Source of the DNA: Gemmatimonadales bacterium
GTDB taxonomy: Bacteria; Gemmatimonadota; Gemmatimonadetes; Gemmatimonadales; GWC2-71-9
Reading direction: 5' to 3'
DNA length: 64,000 nt
Assembly: GCA_039794085.1 (NCBI GenBank)
Contig: JBDIWC010000012.1
Coordinates: 23,760-87,759 of the forward strand
The notes beneath the pieces were generated by a model. That model did no database searches, was not told the DNA's origin, and saw only the letters and a program-made list of their open reading frames with translations. Each line of letters starts with the position of its first letter. Position 1 is the first letter of the stretch. A program made the position numbers and the translations under genes. Below, in pieces: positions 37,346 through 48,149 of this stretch.

Positions 37346-40153
37346 GTGGTCAAGACGAAAGTCAAGGATCTCGCGGAAGAATTCGCCACGTCGCCTGAGC
37401 AGGTTCTCGCGATGTTGCATGAGATGGGCGTGACCGTCCGGAGCGCGGGAAGTGCCGTGCCGGAGGATCAGGTCTCCGCCGCCCGCGTGCGGTGGGAGCG
37501 GGAAAAGAGGAGGCAGGCCGCCGCCGAGGCGGCTCCCCCGAAGAAGGCCCGCCGGAAGAAGGCTGCCGAGCCCGAGGTGGCCCCGGAGGAGGCGTCCCCC
37601 ATTACGGCCCGGGCGACCAAGCGCCGGCGCACCGCCGCTGAAGTGGCCGAATCAGAGGCGACGCTGGCCGCGGAGCGTGAGGCCGAGCCGCCGACGGCGG
37701 TGGATCTCGCGCGCACCCTCGCCGAACGTCCGGAGCCCGCCCCGAAGCAGGTGTCCCTGGAAGAGCGGGCCAAGGCCCTCTTCAAGGACCTTCCCCCCTC
37801 CGCCCCGGACGAGGAACCGGTTCGGACGGAATCGGAACCGCAGCCCAGCCGGGAGTCCGCGGCGGCTTCGCAGCCCCCGCCACGTCCGTCTCCCGCCGCT
37901 GCTCCCCCGCGTGCGGTTTCGGCGGTGACGCCCCCGGCGGAAGCGGGAACCTCCCCCTCACCGGCCGAACCCCCGGCGCGTCCGGAGCGGAAGCCCTTCA
38001 TCCCACCCCGGGTGGCGCGCCCGGCTCCTGCAGCCGAGGGACGGCCGGCGCGGGGGAGGGGACCCACGCCCGTCTTCAGCAGCAGCTCTCCTTCCTCCCC
38101 CCGGAGTGGAGGGGGCGCGGGCACGGCCGGCACGGATCGTCCGGCCCGGAGTTTCGGACCCGATGCCGCTCCCCGGGGCGCCGCGGGACGGAAGAAGGGG
38201 AAGAAGGGCCGCCGGGCCCATGTGGACCAGGATGCGGTCCAGCAGAACATCATGAAGACCCTGCAGGGGATGAAGGGCAGTGGCGGCCGGAAGGGCCGGG
38301 GCCGGGCGGGAGAGTCGAACTATCGGCAGGTCATGGCCGGCCTGGCGGCGGAGGAACGGGAGCTCGAAAAGACCCGGATCCGGGTGAACGAGTTCGTGTC
38401 GGTGTCGGAGCTGGCGGAGTCGATGAAGATTCCCGCCACCGCCATCGTGCAGTATGCGTTCAAGGAACTGGGACTCATGGTGACGGTCAACCAGCGTCTC
38501 GACTTTGACCAGATCGAGCTCATCGCCTCCCAATTCGGGTTCGAGGCGATCCGGGAGGATGAATACGCCGCCGATGTGGCCACGGCTCCCACCGACGACG
38601 CGGGAGATCTCGTGCCCCGGCCTCCGGTGGTGACTATCATGGGCCATGTGGACCACGGCAAGACCTCGTTGCTCGACCACATCCGGAGCGCCAACATCGT
38701 CGCGGGGGAGGCCGGGGGAATCACCCAGCACATCGGCGCCTATCACGTCGTCCTGCCGGACGGTCGTGCCCTGACCTTCCTCGACACGCCGGGCCACGAG
38801 GCGTTCACGGCCATGCGGGCCCGCGGAGCACAGGTGACGGACATTGTCGTCCTCGTCATCGCGGCCGACGACCAGGTGATGCCCCAGACCGTGGAGGCGA
38901 TCAGCCATGCACGGAATGCCGGCGTGCCGATCGTCGTGGCGATCAACAAGGTGGACCTCCCCAGCGCGAACGTCGCGAAGGTGAAGCAGGACCTGCTCCA
39001 GCAAAACGTCGTGCTCGAGGAGTTCGGGGGCACGGTGCTGAGCGCGGAGATCTCGGCCAAGACCGGCCGAGGGGTGGACCAGTTGCTCGATCAAGTCCTG
39101 CTCCAGGCCGAGATGCTCGATGTCCAGGCCAATGCCGGGGCGGAGCACGCTTCCGGCACGGTCCTGGAGGCCTCCCTCGATCCCGGCAAGGGGCCGATCG
39201 CAACCATTCTCATCCAGCGCGGAACGCTCGTCCTGGGCCACGATTTCATCTGCGGCATGTACTCGGGCCGGGTGCGCGCCATGCACGATGAGCGCGGCAA
39301 GCCCATCCAGTCGGCGGGACCGTCGATTCCGGTTCAGGTGCTGGGCTTCGATGGAGTTCCGGCCGCGGGCGACACCTTCCTGGCGATGGCCGATGCGGCC
39401 GAGGCGCGGCAAATTGCCCAGAAGCGCCAGCGCCTGGAGCGGGAGGCCCAGAACCGGCGAAGCGCCCGCGGGGGAACCCTGGAGGACTTCAGCCGGGCTC
39501 TCCGGGAGGGGCAAGTCACGAATCTGCCGATCATCCTCAAGGCCGACCAGGGAGGGCCGGCCGAGGCCCTCGCCGACGCTCTGGCCCAGCTCGGAACTTC
39601 CGAGGTGCGGGTGGACATCGTGCACCGGGGGGTTGGGGCGATCACCGAGAGCGACGTCCTCCTGGCCAAGGCGTCGGGAGCGATCATCATCGGATTCCAT
39701 GTCCGCCCCGATGCCAATGCCCGGTCCACGGCGGAGCGGGAACAGGTCGATGTGCGCACCTACCGCGTCATCTACGAGGCGGTGGACGATGTGCGCCAGG
39801 CGCTGGAGGGGCTCCTCAAGCCGGAGGAGCGGGAAACGATCCTGGGCGAGGCCGAGGTGCTCGAGGTGTTCAAGGTGAGCAAGGTGGGAACCATCGCGGG
39901 GAGCATCGTGCGTCAGGGAACCATCGCGCGCACCGGCCGGGTCCGGGTGGTGCGGGATGGCAAGATCGTCTACACGGGGGGCATCAGCAGCCTGAAGCGC
40001 TTCAAGGACGATGTGAAGGAAGTGCGCGATGGGCTGGAGTGCGGCATCGGGATCGAGAACTTCAACGACGTGAAGGTCGGGGACCGGATCGAGGCGTTCC
40101 GCATGGAGGAGATCAAGCGGACCCTCGAGTCGGTCGCGGCCGAGTCGGCGTAG
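37346..40153 (+). CDS. infB: Translation initiation factor IF-2
   Basis: [45 protein letters not shown] before GTG. Confidence 0.98.
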   Translation: MVKTKVKDLAEEFATSPEQVLAMLHEMGVTVRSAGSAVPEDQVSAARVRWEREKRRQAAAEAAPPKKARRKKAAEPEVAPEEASPITARATKRRRTAAEVAESEATLAAEREAEPPTAVDLARTLAERPEPAPKQVSLEERAKALFKDLPPSAPDEEPVRTESEPQPSRESAAASQPPPRPSPAAAPPRAVSAVTPPAEAGTSPSPAEPPARPERKPFIPPRVARPAPAAEGRPARGRGPTPVFSSSSPSSPRSGGGAGTAGTDRPARSFGPDAAPRGAAGRKKGKKGRRAHVDQDAVQQNIMKTLQGMKGSGGRKGRGRAGESNYRQVMAGLAAEERELEKTRIRVNEFVSVSELAESMKIPATAIVQYAFKELGLMVTVNQRLDFDQIELIASQFGFEAIREDEYAADVATAPTDDAGDLVPRPPVVTIMGHVDHGKTSLLDHIRSANIVAGEAGGITQHIGAYHVVLPDGRALTFLDTPGHEAFTAMRARGAQVTDIVVLVIAADDQVMPQTVEAISHARNAGVPIVVAINKVDLPSANVAKVKQDLLQQNVVLEEFGGTVLSAEISAKTGRGVDQLLDQVLLQAEMLDVQANAGAEHASGTVLEASLDPGKGPIATILIQRGTLVLGHDFICGMYSGRVRAMHDERGKPIQSAGPSIPVQVLGFDGVPAAGDTFLAMADAAEARQIAQKRQRLEREAQNRRSARGGTLEDFSRALREGQVTNLPIILKADQGGPAEALADALAQLGTSEVRVDIVHRGVGAITESDVLLAKASGAIIIGFHVRPDANARSTAEREQVDVRTYRVIYEAVDDVRQALEGLLKPEERETILGEAEVLEVFKVSKVGTIAGSIVRQGTIARTGRVRVVRDGKIVYTGGISSLKRFKDDVKEVRDGLECGIGIENFNDVKVGDRIEAFRMEEIKRTLESVAAESA

Positions 40154-40159
40154 GCCGGC

Positions 40160-40534
40160 ATGCGTCGGCGCATCGGAACTCATCGGCCCGAGCAGGTGGC
40201 CGAAGTGGTCCGCCAGGTGGTGGCCACCGCGCTGGTGGAAGGGGTTCGGGATCCCCGGGTGGGCCCGGTGACCGTGACCGGCGTCTCGGTGACCCGGGAC
40301 CTGTCCCACGCCCGGATCCGGGTGGTGATCGGCGGGGCCGAAGACGATGAAACCCGGGTGCCGCGCGCGCTGGAGGGACTGGCGAGTGCGTCGGGGTATC
40401 TCCGGAGCCAGGTGGCCCGGGCGCTGGCCACCCGGGTCGTCCCCGAACTGCACTTCGACCACGATCTCGGGGAGTCGCACCGGGCGCGCATCGAGGCGCT
40501 GCTGGCCGGCCTGCGTGAGGAACCGGACCCCTGA
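40160..40534 (+). CDS. rbfA: Ribosome-binding factor A
   Basis: VRDPRV, VTVTGVSVTRDLSHA, PELHFDHD. Confidence 0.95.
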   Translation: MRRRIGTHRPEQVAEVVRQVVATALVEGVRDPRVGPVTVTGVSVTRDLSHARIRVVIGGAEDDETRVPRALEGLASASGYLRSQVARALATRVVPELHFDHDLGESHRARIEALLAGLREEPDP

Positions 40535-41421
40535 CCGGGGCTCTCCTCATCGACAAGCCCCGGGGCCCGACCTCGCACGATGTCGTGGCGCGAGTGCGGA
40601 AGGCATACGGGATTCGGTCTGTCGGCCACGCCGGGACGCTGGATCCCTTCGCCACGGGGCTGTTGGTGGTCCTGACGGGGTCCGCCACGCGATTGGCCCG
40701 GTTCGTGTCGGCGCAGTCGAAGACCTACGTCGCGGTGGCCCGCCTGGGACGGCGAACGGCCACAGACGATTGTACGGGAGAGGTCCGCTCTGAGTCCGAC
40801 GGTCCCTGGCCGACCAGGGCCGAGGTCGCGGCGGTTCTCGAGGGAATGGTGGGGACGGGGTGGCAGCGCCCGCCGGCGTTCTCGGCCAAGCGGGTGGCCG
40901 GGGTGCGGAGCTATGCGAGGGCCCGGCAGGGAGAGGACGTCGTCCTGGAACCGGTCGAGGTGACGATCGACGCGATGTCGCTGGACGAGTACATGCCGCC
41001 GCTGGTTCAGTTTCGGTGTACCGTGTCCGCAGGGACGTACGTTCGGGCCATCGCCCGGGATCTGGGCGAGGCACTGGGTCCGGGGGCCTCGCTCGATTCC
41101 CTGCGGCGGGTGGCTGTCGGGAAGCTGCGGGTGGAGGACGCCATCCCCCTCGAGGCCGTGACCGCCGCGCAGGGGATGCGACCGGCCGGGGAGGCGATCC
41201 CCGACCTTCCCCGGGTCGCGGTGACGGAGGAGGAGCGGAATGCCCTGCGGCAGGGGCGGCTGATTCAGCCCGGGAGCGGGGTCCTTTCCCTGTCTCCGGG
41301 GGAGATGGTGGCACTGGTGGCCGGAGCGGGTCAGGGAGAGGGGGAAGGGGAGATCCTGGTCGCGGTCGGGGAATGGCTCAGGGATGGCCGGGTGCAGCCC
41401 CGGGTCGTGCTCAACTCCTGA
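40531..41421 (+). CDS. truB: tRNA pseudouridine(55) synthase
   Basis: LLIDKPRGPTSHDVV, GHAGTLDPFATG, PPAFSAK, SAGTYVR; CTG start implied by upstream in-frame stop. Confidence 0.95.
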   Translation: MTGALLIDKPRGPTSHDVVARVRKAYGIRSVGHAGTLDPFATGLLVVLTGSATRLARFVSAQSKTYVAVARLGRRTATDDCTGEVRSESDGPWPTRAEVAAVLEGMVGTGWQRPPAFSAKRVAGVRSYARARQGEDVVLEPVEVTIDAMSLDEYMPPLVQFRCTVSAGTYVRAIARDLGEALGPGASLDSLRRVAVGKLRVEDAIPLEAVTAAQGMRPAGEAIPDLPRVAVTEEERNALRQGRLIQPGSGVLSLSPGEMVALVAGAGQGEGEGEILVAVGEWLRDGRVQPRVVLNS

Positions 41422-42359
41422 TGCGCAGAATCCGGGGAGGTTGTGTGGTGAACGGGAAGGGGACCGTCGTCACCGTGGGATCGTTCGACGGGGTCCATCT
41501 GGGACACCGGGCGGTGTTGCAGGAGATCGCCCGGCGGGCCCGGGCCACGGACCGCACCGCGTTGCTCGTCACGTTCGACCCGCACCCGCTGGTGGTGGTG
41601 AATCCGGCGGCCGCGCCCCCGCTCCTGACCACGGGGGCGGAACGACGCGAAATCCTGGCCGGGACGGAACTCGACTGGGTGGTGTTCCTGCACTTCACGC
41701 CGCAGCTTGCGGAACTGGCGCCCGAGCGCTTCGTGCGGGACATTCTGCGGGAACGCTATGGGATGCGGGAATTGGTGATCGGCCCCGACCACGGTTTCGG
41801 GAAGGGACGACAGGGGGATGTGGAACTGCTTCGCACCCTGGGGCGGGAGATGGGGTTCCCGGTGGATGTGGTCGACCCGGTGAGCCGGGAGGGGGCCGAT
41901 GGCCCGGTGTCGAGCACCCGGATCCGCCGGGCCATCACCGGGGGAGACCTGGCCGGGGCGGCCCGGATGCTGGGGAGACCTTATCAGGTCAGTGCACGAG
42001 TCGGACGGGGGGCGGGACGGGGGAGGATGATCGGCGTGCCGACGATCAACCTCGCCGATCTCTCCCCGCGGAAGCTGCTCCCGCCCGATGGCGTCTATGC
42101 GGTGCGGGTGGAGTGGAGAGGCGGGGTGGCGGAGGGCATGATGAACCAGGGACCGCGGCCCACGTTCGGCGAGCCCGGGCGCGTGCTGGAAGCGCATCTC
42201 TTCGACTTCTCGCGCGATCTGTACGACGAGTGGGTCCGGGTGGAATGGGTGCGCCGGCTTCGGCCCACGCGCGCCTTTGGATCGATGGAGGAACTCCGCC
42301 GGCAACTGGCGGACGACCGTGAGCAGGCGGTGGCCGCGTTGGCCCCGCCCCGCTCCTGA
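41421..42359 (+). CDS. ribF: Bifunctional riboflavin kinase/FAD synthetase
   Basis: GSFDGVHLGH, TFDPHP, VSSTRIR, PTINL, RPTF, EAHLFDF; start may be GTG 41445/41448. Confidence 0.95.
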   Translation: MRRIRGGCVVNGKGTVVTVGSFDGVHLGHRAVLQEIARRARATDRTALLVTFDPHPLVVVNPAAAPPLLTTGAERREILAGTELDWVVFLHFTPQLAELAPERFVRDILRERYGMRELVIGPDHGFGKGRQGDVELLRTLGREMGFPVDVVDPVSREGADGPVSSTRIRRAITGGDLAGAARMLGRPYQVSARVGRGAGRGRMIGVPTINLADLSPRKLLPPDGVYAVRVEWRGGVAEGMMNQGPRPTFGEPGRVLEAHLFDFSRDLYDEWVRVEWVRRLRPTRAFGSMEELRRQLADDREQAVAALAPPRS

Positions 42360-42393
42360 GCTCAACGCGCTTGCGGCAGGAACACCACTGACG

Positions 42394-44049
42394 ATGTTAG
42401 CCTCTCTGCGGAACCGACTCATCCTGGTGGGGATCCTCATCCTTACCTCGATCTTTTACCTCTTCCCGCGGGACATCACGATCCGCGAAAGGGGGCCTGA
42501 CGGGGTCATGCGGGACGTGGCGGTGACCCGCGTCCCCCTGAAGCTCGGGCTGGACCTCCAGGGCGGCATGCACCTGGGCCTCGAGCTCGACCAGTCCGCC
42601 ACCGTCTCCTCCGATCCGGCCCGGGACATCGACCTCGCCCTGACCGTGCTGCGGAAACGGGTCGACGAGTTCGGCGTCACCGAGCCGGTGATCCAGAAGG
42701 TGGGTGACGAGCGGATTGTGGTCGAGCTGGCGGGAATCTCCGATCCGGCCCGTGCCAAGGCCATCGTGCAGCAGAGCGCCTTCCTCGAGTTCCAGATCAC
42801 CGACAAGACCGCGGGACTGGAAAAGGCCCTGCCGGCAATGGATCGGGTCCTGCGCGGCCTGGGGGTGCAGGGGGGTGGTGCTCCCGGAGGCCCCGAACGC
42901 CCGGCCGTGACGTCCGCGGTCCAGGATCTGCTCGGCGGAGACTCCACGGCCGCGACCGGGGACTCCGCCACGGCCCCGGGGGACACCGGCCCCGCCGTGC
43001 TGAGCAGCCTGATCCTGGGCTCGGGTAGCGGTGTCCCGGGGGAGTACATGGTCCCCGAGGCGGCCTTCCCCCGGGTGGACAGCATGCTGGCCATTCCGGA
43101 GGTGCGGCGCCTGGTTCCCCGCGGCATCGAACTCAAGTGGTCGAACCAGCCAATCGCCGTCGGAGTGGATACCTACCGGTTTCTCTACGCCCTCGAAGAC
43201 CGTGCCATGATTGACGGGCGCAGCCTCACCGATGCCCAGGCCCAGATCGATCCGCTGACCAACGGTCCGATCGTCACCTTCACCCTCGATCGAGCCGGCG
43301 GGCGGCGCTTCGGTGTTGAAACCGCACGGCACATCGGCGACTACATGGCGATCGTGCTGGATGACCGGGTGCAGGGTCAACCTCCGGTGATCCAGGGCCG
43401 GATCGACCGGAACGGGCAGATCACCCTCGGGAATCGCACCATGCTGGAGGCGCAGGATCTGGCGCTCACGCTCAAGGCAGGCGCGCTCCCGGTGCCGCTC
43501 CAGATCGTGGAAGAGCGACAGGTCGGACCAAGCCTCGGTCAGGACTCCATCCGTCAGGGAATCACGGCCGGGGTGGTTGGAACGATCCTGGTCATCCTGA
43601 TCATGATCGGCTACTACCGGATGAGCGGGGCCTTGGCCGTTCTGGCACTCGGGCTCTATCTGCTCTTCACGTTGGGGGCCCTCAGCATGCTCGGCGCCAC
43701 GCTGACGTTGCCGGGGCTGGCCGGCCTGGTGCTTTCCATCGGGATCGCCGTCGATGCCAATGTGCTGATCTTTGAACGGATCCGCGAGGAGCTCCTGCTC
43801 GGGAAAAGTGTTCCCCTTTCCGTGGACGAGGGTTTCCGCCACGCCATGTCGGCGATCATCGACAGCAACGTCTCCACCGTCCTCACCGCACTGTTTCTCT
43901 TCCAGTTCGGGACCGGGCCGGTGAAGGGCTTTGCGGTGACCCTGATCGTCGGGATCGCCGCCTCGCTCGTGACCGCCGTGTTCGTCACTCGCACGCTGTT
44001 CCAGCTCTGGCTCCAGCGCCAACCCGCCCTGAACACACTGAGCATCTGA
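42394..44049 (+). CDS. secD: Protein translocase subunit SecD
   Basis: LKLGLDLQGG, RVDEFGVTEP, VGPSLG, IGIAVDANVLIFERIREE. Confidence 0.97.
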   Translation: MLASLRNRLILVGILILTSIFYLFPRDITIRERGPDGVMRDVAVTRVPLKLGLDLQGGMHLGLELDQSATVSSDPARDIDLALTVLRKRVDEFGVTEPVIQKVGDERIVVELAGISDPARAKAIVQQSAFLEFQITDKTAGLEKALPAMDRVLRGLGVQGGGAPGGPERPAVTSAVQDLLGGDSTAATGDSATAPGDTGPAVLSSLILGSGSGVPGEYMVPEAAFPRVDSMLAIPEVRRLVPRGIELKWSNQPIAVGVDTYRFLYALEDRAMIDGRSLTDAQAQIDPLTNGPIVTFTLDRAGGRRFGVETARHIGDYMAIVLDDRVQGQPPVIQGRIDRNGQITLGNRTMLEAQDLALTLKAGALPVPLQIVEERQVGPSLGQDSIRQGITAGVVGTILVILIMIGYYRMSGALAVLALGLYLLFTLGALSMLGATLTLPGLAGLVLSIGIAVDANVLIFERIREELLLGKSVPLSVDEGFRHAMSAIIDSNVSTVLTALFLFQFGTGPVKGFAVTLIVGIAASLVTAVFVTRTLFQLWLQRQPALNTLSI

Positions 44050-44051
44050 CC

Positions 44052-45038
44052 ATGGTGAGACTCTTTGCGAACGCCCAGTACGACTTCATCGGGTTCCGAC
44101 GGATGGCCTACGGCGTCACCGCGGCGATTCTGGCTGTCGGTCTGCTTTTTCTCACGATCGTGGGTCTCAACTACAGCATCGAGTTCACCGGCGGAACGCT
44201 GATCCAGGTTGAGGCGCAGGCGCCGGTGGATGTGGCCCTCCTGCGGAGCGGCCTGGAAGCCCAAGGCATCCGCGGTGCGGAGATCCAGTCGTTCGGGTCG
44301 GCCAACACGGAGTACGTCATCCGGGCGCGCACCGCCGCCGAAGGGAGTGACGCCGACAACACCCAGGCCACCTCCGATGCGGTGGGAGCGGCACTCGATG
44401 CGACACTCGGGGCGGGGACCTACACGATGCTGCGAACCGAGGCGGTGGGCCCCAAGGTCGGGGGCGAACTGCGGCAGAAGGCCTTCCTGGCCATCTTTCT
44501 GTCGTTCTTCGTGGTGCTGGCCTACCTGGCCTATCGCTTCGAATGGCGGTTCGGCCTCGCCGCCGTGGGCGCCACCGCGCACGACCTGCTCGCCACCATC
44601 GCCTTCATCTCCATCATGCGCCTCGAAGTGAGCCTGGTGGTGGTCGGCGCGGTGCTGTCCATGGTCGGATACTCCCTCAACGACACGATCATCATCTTCG
44701 ACCGGGTGCGGGAAAACCTGCACAAGTCGAAGAAGGAGGGTCTGGTGTCGATCCTGAACCGCTCGATCAACGAAACGCTGCCCCGCAGCGTGCTGACCCA
44801 CGGGACCACGATCGCCACCCTCCTCACCCTCGCGATCTTCGGGGGCGAGGTGATCCGTCCCTTTGCCCTGGTGATGCTCTTCGGCGTGTTCACGGGGACG
44901 TTCTCCTCCATCTTCATCGCCGCCCCTCTCCTTCTCCTCATCGAGGAGCGGTACCCCCGCGCCGACGCCCGGGGTCGAGCGGGAGCACGACCGGCCCCGT
45001 CCGGCGTAAGAAGCCCCAAGGTCACGGCGACCACCTGA
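44052..45038 (+). CDS. secF: Protein translocase subunit SecF
   Basis: IEFTGG, VGPKVG, GYSLNDTIIIFDRVREN. Confidence 0.97.
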   Translation: MVRLFANAQYDFIGFRRMAYGVTAAILAVGLLFLTIVGLNYSIEFTGGTLIQVEAQAPVDVALLRSGLEAQGIRGAEIQSFGSANTEYVIRARTAAEGSDADNTQATSDAVGAALDATLGAGTYTMLRTEAVGPKVGGELRQKAFLAIFLSFFVVLAYLAYRFEWRFGLAAVGATAHDLLATIAFISIMRLEVSLVVVGAVLSMVGYSLNDTIIIFDRVRENLHKSKKEGLVSILNRSINETLPRSVLTHGTTIATLLTLAIFGGEVIRPFALVMLFGVFTGTFSSIFIAAPLLLLIEERYPRADARGRAGARPAPSGVRSPKVTATT

Positions 45039-45053
45039 GCGCCGGGGCTTCCG

Positions 45054-45839
45054 GTGCTGGTCGACACCCACTGCCACCTCGCGGACCCTGCCTTTGCACC
45101 GGACCGCGAGGCGGTGCTCCTCCGGGCTCGCGCGGCGGGCGTGGGGCATGTGGTGGTCGTGGGGGAGAATCCGGAGCGCGCCCACGAGGCCATGGCCCTG
45201 GCTCGGGAGCACCCCTGGCTCTCCGCGACGGCCGGACTCCACCCCCATGAGGCCTCTCGCTGGAATCCCTCCCTGGAGGAGACGATCGCCCGGCAACTGG
45301 CGGATCCCGTGGTGGTCGCCGCCGGCGAGATGGGTCTCGACTATCACTATGAGTACTCCCCCCGCGAGGCCCAGCGGACCGCGTTCGATGCCCAGCTCGC
45401 GCTGGCCCGGGCGGCGGGTCGTCCGGCGGTAATTCATGCCCGCGAGGCCGATGCCGACGTGGCCTCCGCGTTGCGGGCCCACCCCGGTACCGTCGCCATT
45501 CTCCACTCCTTCAGCAGCGGTCCGGATCTGTTGCAGACCGCCCTGGCCCTCGGACACTACGTCTCCTTCAGCGGCATGATCACCTTCCGGTCCTGGTCGC
45601 TCGATGCGGCAATCCGGGAGGTCCCTTCGGATCGTCTCCTCCTGGAAACCGATGCGCCCTATCTGGCGCCAGTGCCCCACCGGGGACATCGCAACGAGCC
45701 GGCCCATGTGCGCCGGGTGGCGGAACGGCTCGCCGAGGCGCGCCAGGTCCCGCTGGCCGACCTGTTGACCCAGACCGGGCAGAACGCGCGCGACGTGTTC
45801 GGCCCCCGACTCACTTCACCCCGCGAGGAGTGCCCGTGA
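45054..45839 (+). CDS. tatD: TatD family hydrolase
   Basis: DTHCHL, GLHPH, GEMGLDY, IHAREA, LLETDAPYLAP, NEP. Confidence 0.93.
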   Translation: MLVDTHCHLADPAFAPDREAVLLRARAAGVGHVVVVGENPERAHEAMALAREHPWLSATAGLHPHEASRWNPSLEETIARQLADPVVVAAGEMGLDYHYEYSPREAQRTAFDAQLALARAAGRPAVIHAREADADVASALRAHPGTVAILHSFSSGPDLLQTALALGHYVSFSGMITFRSWSLDAAIREVPSDRLLLETDAPYLAPVPHRGHRNEPAHVRRVAERLAEARQVPLADLLTQTGQNARDVFGPRLTSPREECP

Positions 45840-47509
45840 CCCAGGTTCCGTCCGACATCGCGATCGCCCAGGCCGCCACCCTCCGTCCGATCGGAGACGT
45901 CGCCGTGGACATCGGTCTCGGGGCCGACGAGATCCTTCCCTACGGCCGGTACAAGGCCAAGATCACTCCGGAGGCCATCGCCCGGCGCCCTCCCACCGGC
46001 CGGCTCGTGCTGGTGACGGGGATCAACCCGACCCCGGCGGGGGAGGGGAAATCGACCGTGACGGTGGGGGTCACCCAGGCGCTCCAGAAGATGGGCAAAC
46101 GGGCAGTTGTCTGCATCCGCGAACCGTCACTGGGCCCGGTGTTCGGGATCAAGGGCGGTGCGGCCGGTGGCGGCTACGCGCAGGTTGTCCCCATGGACGA
46201 GATCAACCTGCACTTCACGGGGGATTTCCACGCCATCACCTCGGCGCACAATCTTCTCTCCGCCCTGCTCGACAATCACATCCACCACGGCAACGCCCTG
46301 GGGATCGATCCTCGGCGGATCACCTGGCCCCGCACCATCGACATGAATGATCGCGCCCTCCGGCAGATCGTCGTGGGATTGGGCGGCCTGAACGGCGGGC
46401 CCAGCCGGGAGGACCGATTCGTCATCGTGCCCGGCAGCGAGATCATGGCGATTCTCTGCCTCGCCTCCGACCTGCAGGATCTGGAGGCCCGGTGTGCCCG
46501 CATCATCGTCGGACTCACCCGGGACCGGAAGCCGGTGCGGGCGGGAGACCTCAAGGCCTCGGGGGCGATGACCCTTCTGCTGCGTGACGCCCTGATGCCC
46601 AACCTGGTGCAGACCCTCGAAGGGGGCCCGGCGATCGTGCACGGGGGCCCCTTCGGCAACATCGCGCATGGCTGCAACTCCCTCATGGCCACCCGGTTCG
46701 GGCTCGGCGTCGCCGATATCGTGCTCACCGAGGCGGGCTTCGGCGCCGATCTGGGCGCCGAGAAATTCTTCGATATCAAGTGCCGGATCGGCGGCCTCAA
46801 CCCCGAGGCCGCCGTGGTCGTCGCCACCATCCGGGCTCTCAAGATGCACGGCGGTGTGGCCAAGGACGCCCTGAGCACTCCTGATGTTGCCGCCCTGAAA
46901 CGCGGGATGGCCAATCTCGAGGCCCACGTCCGGAATGTGCAGCAGTTCGGTGTCCCGGTGGTGGTGGCGGTCAACCGATTCCTCTCGGACAGCCAGGAGG
47001 AGATCGATACCGTTCTCGAGGCCTGCGGCTCCTGGGGGGCGCGCGCGGCGCTGAGCGATGTCTGGGCCCGCGGGGGAGAGGGCGGTGAGGCGGTGGCGCA
47101 CGAGATCCTGGCCATGCTCGATGCCGGCGAAAGCAAGTTTGCGCCGATCTACGACACCGCCCTCCCCATTCGGGAAAAAATCGAGACGGTCGCCACCCGG
47201 ATCTATGGGGCCGAGGGGGTGGATTTCCTCCCTGCCGCCACCCGGGCCATCGCCCAGTGCGAGGCCATGGGGCTCGCCGACACCCCGGTGTGCATCGCCA
47301 AGACCCAGTACTCGTTCAGTGACAACCCCGCCCTGCTGGGACGTCCCTCCGGGTTCCGGATCACCATTCGCGACGTCTCCCCCTCGGCGGGAGCCGGCTT
47401 TGTCGTTGCCCTCGCCGGGGATATCATGACCATGCCCGGGCTGGCGAAGACCCCGTCCGCCGAGGCGATTCGTGTTCTCCCCGATGGAACCATTGAAGGC
47501 CTTTTCTGA
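45836..47509 (+). CDS. fhs: Formate--tetrahydrofolate ligase
   Basis: PTPAGEGKST, REPSLGP, KGGAAGGGY, HGGPFGNIAHGCNS, TMPGL. Confidence 0.98.
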   Translation: MTQVPSDIAIAQAATLRPIGDVAVDIGLGADEILPYGRYKAKITPEAIARRPPTGRLVLVTGINPTPAGEGKSTVTVGVTQALQKMGKRAVVCIREPSLGPVFGIKGGAAGGGYAQVVPMDEINLHFTGDFHAITSAHNLLSALLDNHIHHGNALGIDPRRITWPRTIDMNDRALRQIVVGLGGLNGGPSREDRFVIVPGSEIMAILCLASDLQDLEARCARIIVGLTRDRKPVRAGDLKASGAMTLLLRDALMPNLVQTLEGGPAIVHGGPFGNIAHGCNSLMATRFGLGVADIVLTEAGFGADLGAEKFFDIKCRIGGLNPEAAVVVATIRALKMHGGVAKDALSTPDVAALKRGMANLEAHVRNVQQFGVPVVVAVNRFLSDSQEEIDTVLEACGSWGARAALSDVWARGGEGGEAVAHEILAMLDAGESKFAPIYDTALPIREKIETVATRIYGAEGVDFLPAATRAIAQCEAMGLADTPVCIAKTQYSFSDNPALLGRPSGFRITIRDVSPSAGAGFVVALAGDIMTMPGLAKTPSAEAIRVLPDGTIEGLF

Positions 47510-47522
47510 CCCTGGAGCTGTC

Positions 47523-47903
47523 ATGACATTGCTCACCATCAGCACGCCGGACGCACCCGCCGCCATCGGCCCCTACAGCCAGGGAGTGGTGGTCGCCGGG
47601 TTTCTCTATACCGCGGGGCAGATCGCCCTCGACCCGGGGTCCATGGCCGTCGTTCCGGGCGGGGTCGCCGAACAGACCCGCCAGGTCATGGCCAACCTTC
47701 GTGCCATTCTGAGTGCGGCCGGATCGGGGCTCGACCAGGTGGTGAAGACCACGGTTTTTCTGGTGGACATGAAGGATTTCGCCGAGATGAACGCGGTCTA
47801 CGCCGAAGCCTTCGGAGATCACCGTCCCGCCCGGTCCACGGTGGCGGTGTCGGGACTGCCGAAGGAGGTGAGGGTCGAGATCGAAGTGGTTGCGCGAGTG
47901 TGA
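47523..47903 (+). CDS. ridA: RidA/YjgF family deaminase
   Basis: APAAIGPYSQ, AGQIALDP, VVKTTVFL, PARSTV, VEIE. Confidence 0.93.
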   Translation: MTLLTISTPDAPAAIGPYSQGVVVAGFLYTAGQIALDPGSMAVVPGGVAEQTRQVMANLRAILSAAGSGLDQVVKTTVFLVDMKDFAEMNAVYAEAFGDHRPARSTVAVSGLPKEVRVEIEVVARV

Positions 47904-47913
47904 GGGGGGCGGC

Positions 47914-47962
47914 GGGGTGCTGGGTGCTGGGTATTGGGTGCTGGGTATTGGGTGTTGGGTCC
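47914..47962 (+). repeat. Tandem heptamer array (TGGGTRY) x7
   Basis: GGGGTGC TGGGTGC TGGGTAT TGGGTGC TGGGTAT TGGGTGT TGGGTCC. Confidence 0.9.
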
Positions 47963-48051
47963 GTTATCTTCGTCGGGTCTGAGGCGCGGGCCGCCCGCTT
48001 CGGCCCACGACATTCGCCTGCGCGGCAGGAATGCACCTGATGGATGGACCA

Positions 48052-48149
48052 GGGGGCGGATCGGGCCTGGTGGCTCGGCCGGTCTTCAAAACCGCGACAG
48101 AGACGCCTTCGGCGGCTCTGGTGGGTTCGATTCCCACACGCTCCCGCCA
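48052..48149 (+). tRNA. selC: tRNA-Sec (anticodon TCA)
   Basis: 8/5 fold, 6-bp D-stem with 4-nt loop, CTTCAAA anticodon loop, long variable arm, GTGGG-TTCGATT-CCCAC T-arm, G discriminator + CCA. Confidence 0.93.
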
